In this document: positions 40,541-53,540 of the stretch, piece after piece | Layout of the letters: every line of letters begins with the position of its first letter | Position numbering within the stretch: position 1 is the first letter of the stretch | Source: the human T2T-CHM13v2.0 reference genome, Homo sapiens | Reading direction: 5' to 3' (one strand) | Assembly (NCBI RefSeq): GCF_009914755.1 | Contig: NC_060935.1 | Length of the DNA: 64,000 bases | The notes under the pieces: generated by a model | Databases searched by the model: none | The model's input: only the letters and a program-made list of their open reading frames with translations | What the model was told of the DNA's origin: nothing | Translations under genes and position numbers: made by a program

Positions 40541-41268
40541 ATTCTCAGTGCAGCATTTCAGCTCCTGTTGTACTTGAAAGTAGCACTTCTTCTGTCTTAG
40601 CTGTTGTTAATTTTGAGTCCCTTTAATAATTAATATCATATCTCACTCCAGCCAAGCTGAGAGACAGGCTCTTCTGCCTCTCCTCTGGCTTTTTAATTGG
40701 CACCTTGTGCACTGCAAACTGTACAGTGCAAATGAGTTAAATATCATTCTCTGGCTGACATTTTCTTGTTGTCAAAATTCAGCAAGCTCACCCTTAGGAA
40801 TGTTCCAGTAAGAACTGCAGAAATGGCTCTGACTGAAGGGATGCAAATGTTTCCATGATTTTTTTTCCCCCAAATGTCTTTGCAATTGCACGTTCACATA
40901 GCTACCATGCAGACAAGGGTAGGAGACACTGATTTCCCAGTGAAAAGATTGAGGTTTATTATTTGATGTTGTAAATCGTTGAGATTGCACATTTACACAT
41001 CAGGCCAAGTTCTTGGCTAGCCTTCTCAGAACTGTGGCAAATGATGATAAAAATTAAGTCTGCGAGGATCAGCAGAACATTTATTTAGTATTAACCTGAG
41101 TACCTGGTCCAGCCATGCCACCTCCTGGAAGCAGAGTTGGGTGAAGTGAATGAATGCATTGAGGGAAATCGTAGCAATTGTATGTCAACAACGAAATGCC
41201 ATAGATGTAACCAAGAAGAATGTAGAGTATTAGAAGTAGAGAAAAAAGGTTTGGAAGCAGAAACCTGA

Positions 41269-41269
<1 letters not shown>

Positions 41270-41306
<37 letters not shown>
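41270..41306. repeat. (TG)n microsatellite
   Basis: Perfect TG run of about 18 units. Confidence 0.98.
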
Positions 41307-41309
<3 letters not shown>

Positions 41310-41896
41310 TCTATCCATTACACAAAATTTCATCACCTGTATGCTGAGAGATCTAGGTGGCTGCTCAGAAGATGGTAAACGTTAAAGCTGAGTGCATACT
41401 TACATAAAATGTTTACAAATTTGTTTGAATGTAATCTCACCTTTAGTTTTAAAAAATCATAGTTTAGGTGATGGTCTTGATTAAACATGTGTTTTCAAAA
41501 TAGAAAGATGTAGATTTTTTTCTTGTGGTCTGAGCTAAAAGTAAATAACAACTAGCCACTTAGGCTAATGATTCACATGTAACATAGGACCTGTCATAAA
41601 GAAAGCATCTACAGAATACATATTTTTGATTAAACTGTATATTATGCAGCACATAAATTATTCCTGTGATGATTACCTATACAAAATTGAAAGGAATATG
41701 CTCCCACTGATGCCTCCTCCCCAAGAAAAGAACTGAATGAAATGTTTACCCTAAAATTGAAAGAAAAAATTAATTTTCCTATAGGTAAAATATTATAAGT
41801 AGAAAAACCTACAGACTTTGTGAGTTAAGGAAAACCTACTTTTACATTCATGTACTCACAGCATATATATTTTCTTAGAAGTCATTCTTGGCATCT

Positions 41897-42490
41897 GTAT
41901 CAGTAATTTTGCTGTGACAACACATGACTCCAAAACCTTTCAGTCCTAAGCATTCTTTTCTCTCATCATAAGTGCCACTGGTTGCAGGTCCATGTGCCTT
42001 TGTGTATTGAGGATTGAGACTGAAGGAGCAGTCCCTATTGGAGACATGCTATTTTGTGGCCGATAGCAACAGGGAGAGAGCTTCTAGTGCCTCTTGAACC
42101 TTCTGCTCAGAATTGGTGTATGTATGTTACATCCACTTCCATTCCTTTGTCCAAAGGGTGTCATATGTTTAAGTCCAAAGTCAATGAGGCAGCAACATAT
42201 ACCGCTCCCATGTCAGGAATAGTAAGTCTCAGGGCTGGGGGTATGGCTTAGGATTGCCAGATAAAATGCTGGACCTCCAGCTGAATTTGAATTTCAGTAA
42301 CCAACAAATGAGTTTTTAGTATAAGTATGCCCCAAATATTGCATGGAGCACAAATGTTATTTGTTGTACATCAGAAATATAAGCATCCTGACTTTTTGTT
42401 TGCTAAATCTGGTGATCCTAGCAGGGGTGGGTAATCTTCCTAGAGAAAATAGGGTAGTGAATAATTGGGAGCAACAATATATTCTATCAT
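41897..42490 (-). mobile_element. MLT1 (H/I/J-type) MaLR LTR interrupted by MER53
   Basis: tgtatcagt...gctgtgacaac, gactgaaggagcagtccctattgg, ccttctgctcagaattgg, aagtccaaagtcaatgaggcag. Confidence 0.7.
42249..42420. mobile_element. MER53 hAT MITE
   Basis: TIRs taggattgccaga / tctggtgatccta; aatttgaatttcag, tttttagtataagtatgccccaaatattgcatgg. Confidence 0.85.
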
Positions 42491-43351
42491 TGCACATTTG
42501 CGTTGCTACATTTTTAAAATTACATACTTTGGGGAGTCTGATTGCTTGCTGCTGCTTTCTACACCATGAACTTTCCTCTGTTCTAAACTAATCTAATCTA
42601 CTGCCACCTGGCTTCACATTTACGCAGAAATTATAATGTCCCCAGGCATCTACTGAAGAACTGAGCTCCCATAGAAGCATTTATACTTATTCCCACCTGA
42701 GTCCACAAACACATTAGTCACTGTGGACACCAGGCAGCCCTCATCATATTCTTTTCCTCTTTTCCTGCAACTCCCACTTGCTGATCTACACTGTCCCAGA
42801 GCCACCTGAAAACACCTCTCCCCTGCTACTCTGCCAGTGCCTGTCCTGAGAACACCAAGTGCTTGGGTGCTGGGTGGCAGTGCCTCTAATACCACAATGT
42901 CTCGGGGCACCAGGCTGGGGCTGGGCGCCAGAGAAAGATGGGAGAGCCATCTTCTCCTAGGGCTCTGTTATTGCCACCAGGCCCAGGGCCAGCTCTAATT
43001 ATGCCCCCAGTTCCACACAGCCTTTCATGGGAACATATTTGCCAGCTTCTGACCTTCACCCTTCTAACTATATTGGCTCAAACTCAGTCCTAGAAACTTT
43101 ATGCTTAAGCATCTGCAGTAGAACTGTTGGGAATAAAAAACAACTGGACATTTCATAGGGGCCATTGTCCACTCACACGTGATGCCCTTACTCTGCCTGT
43201 TTCCTGCACTGTGGAATGATAATATGCTAACTGCTTCCTCTTCCTTATACACCGTTTGCTTGTGTTTGTCTTTCTCATGCTCTCCTTTACCTCCAGGGGC
43301 TTGAAGATATCGATTCCTTTTCCTGGCATGTTTTATTTCACCTCCTACCTT

Positions 43352-43858
43352 GTGGTAGACTTTGTTGTGTTGGATTCTCCAATATAGATTCTATTTGTTC
43401 CTCAGTGAGAAGCAGCAGTGTGATGGGAGAACTGACCTAAGGGTAATTCAATCTATACTGCCTGTGGGTTGGTTTGTATGACACAATTCTGGGAAATGCA
43501 ATACAGGGGAGGTTTGCCTGAAGCTTCTGGGAAAGGTCTTTCTTGCTGTTAAGAGAGAATGATGGGAAGCTATTATTTCTCTCTCTTCAATTTGAACAAA
43601 GAAGCACGTACTAGTAAATGCTCTGGCCACCATCCTACACCTATGAAGGAAGACGGAGATAGGAAGAAACCAATGCCATAGATAGTGAAGCAGAGAAGGC
43701 AAAGACCCACGTCTTCAATGACGTCACTTAACCTGCAGCTCATTCAACTCTGAGGCACACCCTGCCTTCGGATTGACTTTGTGTCATCTAACAAATGTAC
43801 TTGTTAGAGCCAGTTTGTGTTTTCTATTCCTTACAGCTGAAGGCATCTGACTGCTATA
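43352..43858 (+). mobile_element. MLT1J/K-type MaLR LTR, nested in an L2 (about 43270-44125)
   Basis: atgacacaattctgg, gcttctgggaaagg, ggccaccatcct, end ttttctattccttacagctgaaggcatctgactgctata. Confidence 0.7.
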
Positions 43859-45907
43859 TTCCCACCACTGTCTCCTCTTCTGATGACTCTTACTTCTGGA
43901 TTGTGTTTAGGTGTAATTTTTTTGGGATTGCCTGAGTATGGGTTAGGTACCTTGTACTCTCCTCTCGTAGTCCTTAAGATACTTTGTCATTGCTTATGTA
44001 ATAGTGTAATTGAACTGCTGGAATATAATTCCCAAAGGGCAGGAGCTATTTGATTCTTTCCACTAGTATATCACTGTCCCAGTGTCAGCCACAGAGTAGG
44101 TGCTTAATAAAGTTTTGCTGAGAGAGGCTCCAAGGCCTTGTTGGATGATGTACTGTATCCTCACATATATCCACACAAGCTCTGCTCACCTTCACTGCCT
44201 GGTTCCTTCCTCCAGTTGGTTATGACAATGTTTCTTGCCCTTTCAGTTTAATCTATTTTGGTTTCTGGCACCCTCCACTCCATCCATCCAGGTAGTCCTT
44301 CTAGGTTCCCAGGCTATGGAACTACTTTCCTTACCTTCTAATCTTCCCTGTAACAGCTGGTCAGCCTGCAGCGCATCCTGCTTTTGGTTCCTTTCCTTCC
44401 CTGGCCTGTTTCAGCCTTCAGTGGTTTTCATTTTCCAGCCCCCATATAAGGGCCAAGGCAATTGCTACATTTCATTCTTCTGAAATATTTGCAAAATATG
44501 AAATAAACAACAAAATATATGTGGGCGTTTTACTTCTTCCTTTAAACCTAATGGATGGACAGTAAACTAATGAGGTCAGCAAGGCTCAGATTCCAGGGGC
44601 TGGGGAGTTCTTTGAATATTTTATCAAGGAACAGTGGTATTTTTTGTACATGTAGCCCAAATGGCAAAGTTGAAGACATATTTGAAAACACAAAAACAAA
44701 AACCGGAAGTTATTCTGGATCTTTCTCTTACATATAAGGAATTAAAAGGTGGCAGCACTGTGACAGACTGTCAGACAAATTTGGTGACACAATGTGAAGA
44801 ACTGCTCTCCATTTTATATGAGTTCACTCTAGGAGAGGTGAAATAGAGTTATTGGAATGGTATTGTGAGAACAAAGACCCACTGGATTCCACTTCTGCAT
44901 CTATCTTAGAAGAAAATCATATGTGATAAAAATATTTGTAATACCTGCAAAGTGCAGAGACTTAAGCAGTAAGCAATTTCCAGGGCTTGACTTTCAGGAG
45001 GAAAATGAAAGCCTTTTTTTTTAAATTACACATTCACTTAGGTCAATAATAATTCTTATCTTCTGTCCAATGCCTTCTATGTAACAGAGTTTAACCTACA
45101 GTATCATATATGTAATTTTTACAGTTTAACTTTATATTAGATAATTCAAATATGCACAAAAGTAGAGAGAGTCTCACAATGAACTTTCACACATCCATCA
45201 CTTATCATCAACCACTAGCAAAATATGGTCAATCTTGTTTCATGAATATTGCTCTCTTATTTTCCCTTCACATTCTCTTATTTAATTCTCTGTGAGAGTT
45301 ATTGTCAATGGCCCATTTAGAATGGGAAAATGAGAATCTGAGAGATTGAGTGATGATCCCCATTATAAGGTCAATAAATAGCAAAGCCAAGATACGAGCA
45401 AAAGCCTGAATTCCATCAGAGCCTTAGCCTATGCTGCTCATCAGCAGAAGCCCCTAAGATGCACATCAATTATGTGCTGATTTACCAATGTCTCAAATGA
45501 ACTAAGAAATCAATCGACTAATATTTGTTGAGTCCTTATTTTATACCCACACTGTGCTAGCTACAAAAACATTCTTTTAAAACAGATTTCCAAGAAAGTG
45601 GACCCCATGATAGTAGTATTTTTTAACAGCTTTATGGAAATATAATTTAAGTATCATAACATTCTCCATTGCCAGTATATGAATCAATAAATTTTAATGC
45701 ATCTACAGGGCTGTACAACTGTCAAAGGCAGTTATTTGTGACTGTTTATATCTGCTTTGTCTCCAGTGCCAAGAAATCATGCTTAGAATATTATGTGTTC
45801 AATAAGTATTTGCTGAATAAATGAATGAAAAATAAGATTTATGCCCTCAAGGAGCTTACTGTATAGTTGGTTAGAAGTGACATATACATATGAACAGTTA
45901 GAAAATA

Positions 45908-46105
45908 AGATAGTTTATAACAACACACTAAATTTATTTATTTACTTATTCATCAGAAGATATTTATTGAATGCCAGGTGTAACTGCTATTAAAAGGTTC
46001 ATTCACAGATAGTTTATTACAACACACTAAATTTATTTATTTACTTATTCATCAGGAGATATTTGTTGAATGCCAGGTGTAACTGCTATTAAAAGGTTCA
46101 TTCAC
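45908..46105 (+). repeat. 99-bp tandem duplication (2 copies)
   Basis: 45908-46006 vs 46007-46105, 3 mismatches. Confidence 0.97.
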
Positions 46106-47479
46106 ATCTTGGAATTATCCCAGTAAATTAAAAGTAGCAACTCGTAAGCTTTGTTATTATTGAATACACCTAGTCTTTTGATATCTACGTAAGGAATGCA
46201 AGTATTGTTTGACTTTATAAAAATTTCTTGCTTTTGACAGGATGCTACAGATGTGCTTTTGGATGCACATTTGTAGCATCTAGTCTGTAGTCCCCATTCT
46301 AAAGTGAAAAGCACTGAGACATTATCTGTATCTTTTCTCAGTGTTGGGCCATGTAGAACAATGCTTCTAGCAACAGGAGTCATTTGAAATGTAGGATCAT
46401 GAGATAGGAATTCTCAGTCAGACTTAAAGCCAGAGTTGTCAAAATGTAACTTCAGCTTTAAAATAAAAAAGAATTCTTTCTTTTAGTAAATAGAATGTGT
46501 AGGCATTAGTTTTCAAACGTTATGATAATAATTTTAAGAAATCTAAGCCTATGTTAGAGTCACTGCTTTCCAAAAATATGAGTTAGTGATTGACAGTGGA
46601 CTATTGCTTATGGTTTATTGAACTTTGGCATTTGGAAAAGTCTGATCAGTAACAAAACAGAGGTGTTCTAACTTTGTATTTTATCCCTATATTGTGGCAT
46701 GAATGGCTGTGATACAAAATAGCTTCATCCAAAATAAGTAGAGAGAAAAAAACAGAAAGGAAACTATGTTTTCCTGATTTTATAAGCTTAACATTCATTT
46801 AGCCAAGACTTTGGGTGATGATTTGACTTTATGTTAATTGGAGAAAAACTAAGGTTGGCCACATTGTTTGTTCATCTATAAACAAAATGTCTCAGAATAG
46901 TCTCCTAATGATCAAAATGTACCTTTCTGTGACCTTTTAAGTGACTCTGTTTACTACAGAAACTATTAGGACTAGCATTTTTAGATCTTTCTGGGTTTCC
47001 AAAGAAGTATCAAATGTGTCTCTACGTTGTCTCTTTTCATCTGAGCCCATTAATTTGAATTTTGCAAGATCATATCCAAATCCTATTTGAGTTTTCGCAG
47101 TAGACAGAGCCCTGTTTTTAGCAAAGAGCAGAGAAATAAACTTTCACGGAGTTGAAGACTGCACTCTCTATTTGTGTGACAAAGCATGGTGACAGATGCT
47201 CTGAAAAGCCATGGTGATGGCAACAAGGAAGCTGTGCTGTGGGTGATTGATTATCTGGGTTCCTGGATTACTGGTCTTGGGAGTAATGCCTACAGCCAGG
47301 AAAGGTCAGGTGCCTAGGGAAGTTTTAGATATTGAAATTCCCAGGCTGTGAACATCCTTTTATTCCTAACTAATTCCCTACTAATTATGTGCACTTATTG
47401 AGTTGGTAGAACTTTGGGGACTAGCCATTTTCACCTGTAGCTTCTAACGTCTCACCAGCTAATTGAGAGTGACTGTAGA

Positions 47480-47700
47480 ACATTATAGGACAGAACACTG
47501 ACTTGGAGTCAGACAGATCTGAATTTGAAATCTAGCTCAGCTCCACAGCTTACCAGCTTGGGCTCTTATGGAAGTTTTTCAATCTGTGTTAAGTAGGGAT
47601 GATAACAGTACCTACACCCTCCAGTTGTTAAAAATCATAAATGAGATAATACTAATGATGGTGCTGAATGCATGGTCTAGTATCTGCTAAGCATACAAAA
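47480..47700 (+). mobile_element. MIR
   Basis: agaacactgacttggagtcagacagatctgaatttgaaatctagctc...gggatgataacagtacctac. Confidence 0.75.
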
Positions 47701-47959
47701 ATGAAGGTGGTTATATCATTATCGTATTAGTGTCTTTCTCACAAAGATGAGTGACGAAATGGGATCTTCAATGTCCTAGTCAGCATTCAGGTGATGCCAA
47801 TCAATTCCGTTCAATTCATTTTTTAAAAACACAGGAAAAAAGTCTTGAAAAGTGAATAAGACATATTTCTGACCTGAAAAAAAAAGCCTAAAAGATTGTA
47901 TGGAAGACCAACATACTTGTACTTAACTACATTGCTAATCAGGATACAACTAAGTGGTC

Positions 47960-48130
47960 TAATTCCTTGCTGGTTAAAGTATGCTCTGTGGATCAGTGGC
48001 ATCAACATCATCTGGGAGCTGGAGAAAAATCAGACTCTCAAGTCCCATCTCAGCCTTCTGGGTGAGAATCTGTATTTTAACAACATACCTATTTGATTGA
48101 TAGGCACATAGATGTTTGAGAAGCAATAGT
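47960..48130. mobile_element. MER5A1
   Basis: aaagtatgctctgtggatcagtggcatcaacatcatctgggagct...agaatctgtattttaacaa...gtttgagaagca. Confidence 0.8.
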
Positions 48131-48189
48131 CTGAAATATTTCAAACAAAATTCTATGTTGGTAATTATTTCTGGTGGTGGGGGGTGGAT

Positions 48190-49480
48190 TGAAGGACTTG
48201 CTGATGAAGTTTAGTTTATATTGGGTCTTTCAGGTTGATCGAGCTTTCAAAGAAGGATGGAAAGGACATTCTAGACTGAGGAAATAGTAAGAACAAAGGC
48301 AGGAGGTGTGAAATTTTGTTTCTCCATAAACATGTATGATGTTTAGAGAGAAAGCATTAGTAGCTCATAAACTGGATTATAGAGAATATGCGATAAAGTG
48401 ATAGATGAGGCTCAAAAGTTTGGTTGGCAACAAATGGCGACATGGCATCAATGCCATGTTACAAAGGATGACTATCCTATTAACATATAAAATGAGACCT
48501 CAGATATTTTAGGGCAGAGGGATGTCGTCATGGTTTATTTAGATAGCACATGGGGAGATACATGGATGATTGATTTGAGCCTAAAGGACAAGTGGAAGAG
48601 GGGCTATCTAGGCAACTCTTGTAAGAAACTGTTGAATGAAGAGAGTTTACAATATAGGGACTAAAAAGAAAGAAAATGCGGCATCAAGAGACATTTCTGA
48701 GGTGAAAACTCTGGGAGTGTGTGAGTGGCACTAGCATTGAATCAAAGATGACTTATGTTTACAGCTGAGGTGACTGAGTGGAAGAGCAAGAGAGCAACTA
48801 AGACTGGATCACAGAGAAGGGGTTGGATTAAAAGGAAGATACCTAGTGAGTTCTTGAACAGATCTGGCTTGCGGTATCAGGGACATCCATATGGAGATGC
48901 ACAAAACGTAGTTTGGGCTGTGTATTAGTCTGATCTCACACTGCTATAAAGAACTACCTGAGACTGGGTAATTTATGAAGAAAATAGGTTTAATTGACTG
49001 ACAGATCCACAGGCTTAACAGAAAACATGACTGGTAGGCCTCAGGAAACTTATAATCATGGCAGAAAGTGAAAGGGAAGCAAGCATGTCTTACTATGGCA
49101 GAGCAGGGGAGAGAGAGAGACAGAGAAAGGGGAAGTGCCACAGACATTTAAACCACCAGATACCATGAGAACTCATTCACTATGATGAGAACAGCAAGAG
49201 GGAAGTCCGCTCCATGATTTAGTCACCTCCCACCCAGCCTCTGCTTCAACATGTGGGGATTACAGTTTGACATGAGATTTGGGTGGGGACACAGAGCCAA
49301 ATCATATCAGGCTGAAAGGCAAGCTCAGGGCAGAGATGTGGATTTTGGAAGCATCTCTATGCAGATAGCAGTCAAAATTATGGCAATGCATGAAATAGAC
49401 CAAATAGTAGGTACAGTGTGAAGAAGAAAAGAAACCAGGTATAAAAGACTGGTGATCATGTAAAACACGGGTGAAAAAGG
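48190..49480 (-). mobile_element. L2 relic interrupted by a MaLR LTR
   Basis: ggacattctagactgagg, gagacatttctgagg, ggacatccatatggagatg; resumes gggcagagatgtggattttggaagcatc. Confidence 0.55.
48921..49309 (-). mobile_element. MSTA/THE1D-type MaLR solo LTR
   Basis: tgtattagtc...catatca with a perfect 5-bp TSD ggctg (48916-20; 49310-14). Confidence 0.93.
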
Positions 49481-49879
49481 AAATGATGGTAGGACATCTT
49501 TATGGACACTTAGGACACCCCTCCACCCCCACCTCCTGACCCTTGGCCATATTTCTTTTTCTCTTTAAAATTTCCTTTGCTATAAATGATGAGCTGCTTC
49601 AAAATCTCCAGAGATTGCCTAGGCCCTGGACCTTGCTAGGAATTGCTCTAAAACCCACCCAGCTCTGCCAGGAAGGGCACAAGGGTTGCATTACAGTCCA
49701 AATAGCCACAGTAGCCATCCAGAACTCCTGAGTGACTGGATACTACTTTTTGCAACAATAACAAACTGCCCAGAACCTCAGTACTTATGATTTGTTCATT
49801 ATTTTCTGCTTGTGGTATAGATCTCACATCCCGTAACTGTCTCCTGAAAGCTTAAGTACATCAATAATTTGTATTTATA

Positions 49880-50085
49880 TATAGTGATTTTTTGTTGTTC
49901 ACATGATGATTTCTCATTAATTATCTCCTTTGTTTTTCAAAATCACCACCAAAGGGAAGCATTGTTTTTACTCTCATTTTACAGCTGAGGCAGCAGAGGC
50001 TCACAGTAATTTTTCCCAAGATCTCATAGTTAGAATATTGTCCAACCTAGGATTTTAGATATTAAACTCCAGGCTATTTTCCCTA
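49880..50085 (-). mobile_element. MIR
   Basis: ctcattttacagctgaggcagcagaggctcacag...ttcccaagatctcatagttag. Confidence 0.65.
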
Positions 50086-50171
50086 CTTTCAGTTCTTGTC
50101 CCTAAACTGTTAACAGGTCATCCATACGTGCAGGCTCAGTTAGATGTTTTTTTTCTTTCAGATCAGATATA

Positions 50172-50925
50172 ATGGCCCACATGATCTCATTTATATGTGG
50201 AATCTAAAAACGTTGAACTCATAAAAGTAGAGGGTAGATTCCTGGTGGCTGCCAGGAGCTGGAGGCAGGGTGTGGGGCAAGGGCGATGGGAAAAGAAGAT
50301 ATTAGTCAAGGTTTCAAAGTTTCAATTAGGCAAAAGGAATAAGTTTTAAATATCTATTTCACAGCATGATGATTATAGTTAATAATATGTAACGTATATT
50401 TAAAATTACTATGATGATAGATTTTAAATATTTGCACCACAAAATAATGGCATATTAGTCTGTTTTCTTACTGCTGATAAAGACATACCCAAGACTGGGC
50501 AATTTACAAAAGAAAGACATTTATTGAAATTATAGTTCCTTGTGGCCAGGGAGGCCTCACAATCATGGTGGAAGGTGAAAGGCAATGTCTCACATGGCGG
50601 CAGAAAAGAGAAGAGAGCTTGTGCAGGGAAACTCCCCTTTTTTAAAACTGTCAGATCTCATGAGACTTATTCACTATCACGAGAACAGCACAGGAAAGAC
50701 CTGCCCCCATGATTCAGTTACCTCCCACCAGGTCCTTCACATAACATGTGAGAATCCAAGATGAGATTTGGGTGGGGACACAGCCAAACCATGTCAAATG
50801 GTAAGCATGTGAGGTGATGGATCTGTTAATTAGCTTGATTTAATTATTCTATAACATATTTATATATCAAAACATCACACTGTACTGCATAAATATTATT
50901 ATTTGCTAATTAAAAAACAAAAATA
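50172..50925 (+). mobile_element. L1MA 3' end interrupted by THE1
   Basis: catgatctcatttatatgtggaatctaaaaa...atgtgaggtgatggatctgttaattagcttgatt...catcacactgtac. Confidence 0.85.
50451..50796 (-). mobile_element. THE1A/B solo LTR
   Basis: actgctgataaagacataccc...gcttgtgcagggaaactcccc...gggtggggacacagccaaaccatgtca; TSD aatgg on both sides. Confidence 0.93.
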
Positions 50926-51789
50926 TATAATAGTTCAGTCATCTCATCAGCTAGAAACTTCCTAATACATATGTTAATTTCTCCCCTGGTTAGGGAGAAG
51001 ATTGGCACCCTTTCGTTTAGATGCTACCACTGCTGTTAACTGTACTTTTGTCCTTGAGGCTATATCAAGGGCATCTTCTATTGATTAACATATGGTAACC
51101 ACATAAGGTAAATTGCTAATTGGAATCAGCAGTGCATATAAAGTTATTTTTTTTTACCCTGAAACAATATTGTAGTAAGAAACAAACAAATAAAACCTTT
51201 GCTTAGTCAGGATGCTAGGGTGTGGCTTGCCCCTCATTAGAAGCCACACAGTTGTTGACTAAAAAACCACTGCAGCCTTGGGGTTGTCTGAAGAAGAAGA
51301 GTTGCATGATGTTCAAATATCTTTGGTGACAATGAAAGTCTTCATGCCAATGGTAAACTGGCCAAAAAATGTTTATTAAGAGAAAGAAAGTAATATCTTA
51401 ACAGATGATTTTGAAGCACACTGTGAGGTGTAACTTTTTTATATTATCTTTTTAAAATCAAAACCTTTTTTCTACATCTTACTTTTTGATGATAGTATCA
51501 CAATAAATTACTGTGTACAAAGCTGTATCTGTTTATATATTTCAGAAATGTAATACACACACAGATACACACATACATGTGGAATAAATTTTATAGGGTG
51601 GTATACAGTTTTATGTAAAATTACCATGGACTTTTTATACAAAGTATTCCATAAGACTGATCCAGTGGTTGAGGTGAAATGGAACTGAACATACAGATTT
51701 TAAATACTTACTATGGTTCAAGAGTTAATTTTAATATTTTATTAAAAAATGCTTCCTTTGAGTGTTCACAATATCATTATAATATCCTA

Positions 51790-51970
51790 TTACTACCTGG
51801 AATTATCACAGTAATGTTGTAGGGTAAGTATTATTATCCTTTCTTTGAAGAAAGGCTCAGAGATACTGAGTAACTCACCTAAGATCACAAAACTAGGAAA
51901 TGGTCAAACCAGAATTAAAACTACAATTTGTCAGGCTCCTAAGTTCTCCCTCATGATCACTATTCCTGCC
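51790..51970 (-). mobile_element. MIR
   Basis: gggtaagtattattatcc...aggctcagaga...gtaactcacctaagatcaca. Confidence 0.65.
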
Positions 51971-52250
51971 TTGCTCAAGATTACATTGCACCAGCCAGAA
52001 GAAGTATGGGAATTCAGGTGTGCTAACTTCCTTCCTAGAGTTCTTTTCTTTGTTTTGTTCTGTTTTCAAATAGGTAAACTGACATGAGGCTCATGTTAGT
52101 TTAGATTCCAGATACCTAAAGAAATGGTTTCAAAGCTTCTTCTCACAAGCCACAGATTGGGACTCCTGAAAATTTTCTTCATGTGTTTCTTGGCATCATG
52201 GAGTTCTTCTCTTCCCATAATTCCAAATAGCACTGGACTTCCAGGATCAA

Positions 52251-52278
52251 TGTCATGACAAGGTCAAGGTCAAGTTCA
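52251..52278 (+). promoter_or_regulatory. Nuclear-receptor half-site array (DR0-DR0) with a TGTCA/TGACA palindrome
   Basis: tgtcatgaca AGGTCA AGGTCA AGTTCA. Confidence 0.4.
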
Positions 52279-52637
52279 CCCCAATAGACGCATGACAAAG
52301 TTGCTAAAGGGCAGCTGGACATAGTTCAGTGAGTGACAGAAAAACGCCCTTATGAGGGGAGATCTGGCGAGAGGACTAATGAAGCTGGTTAATGTCTCTC
52401 AATGTGCTTGCATTATTCAGTTTCAAAGAGCTGAACAAAGATACAGGGAAAACAACACTTACCTCAAATGGCCAACAATTAAATTCGCCCCCACAGACAA
52501 GCCAGACTCAGTTCAGCCATCTGCTAGTCATCCAAAGGAAGGAAGAGACATGACTGGAGAGTCACAGGAAATGGTTTTGTGACCTAGATAGCAGCTCTAG
52601 AATTAGGACCTTTGTTCTTAGTTTGGCCACATAGTAA

Positions 52638-53041
<404 letters not shown>

Positions 53042-53344
53042 CAGACACTTTTCTGTTTTATACTTGTTTCATTTATGTAGGAATATGTATTGTAAATAAA
53101 TGCACATACATGCATAAATATAGACACAAACACACATATGGATACAGACACATACACACACTCATCATATAGTCAGAGTAGCAGAAATCTTAGAAATCAG
53201 CCTGCTTCTGTTGTTTCATTCATGAAGAAACAAGAACTCAAAAAAATATTTAATTCACCAAAGACACACAGTTAGATGTAGATGTTGCTAGAAGTTTATA
53301 GAGTTCTTATAAGTTCCTACCTAAATCTCTATCTATCTGATTCT

Positions 53345-53540
53345 AGGCTGTGGAATCAGGCAGAACCTAGGATAGAATGCCATATCCATCAATTACCAAT
53401 TATTCTGAGATACCACTTTTTGATTTGTAAAATGAATACAATAATCTCTATTTTAAATGGGGTGACATAAAGGCTAAGTGAGGCCAACTGTGTGAGGCCT
53501 CCATCACTATACCTGTACATAGAGGCTGCTCAATAAACAG
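53345..53540 (+). mobile_element. MIR
   Basis: aggctgtggaatcaggcagaacctagg...atttgtaaaatga...acctgtacatagaggctgctcaataaa. Confidence 0.6.

Noticed and set aside
42315-42335. miR-1302-like sequence on the minus strand of MER53
   Set aside because: About 19/21 match to the mature sequence as I recall it, but with a seed-region mismatch, and the complementary arm is largely deleted, so there is no good precursor hairpin.
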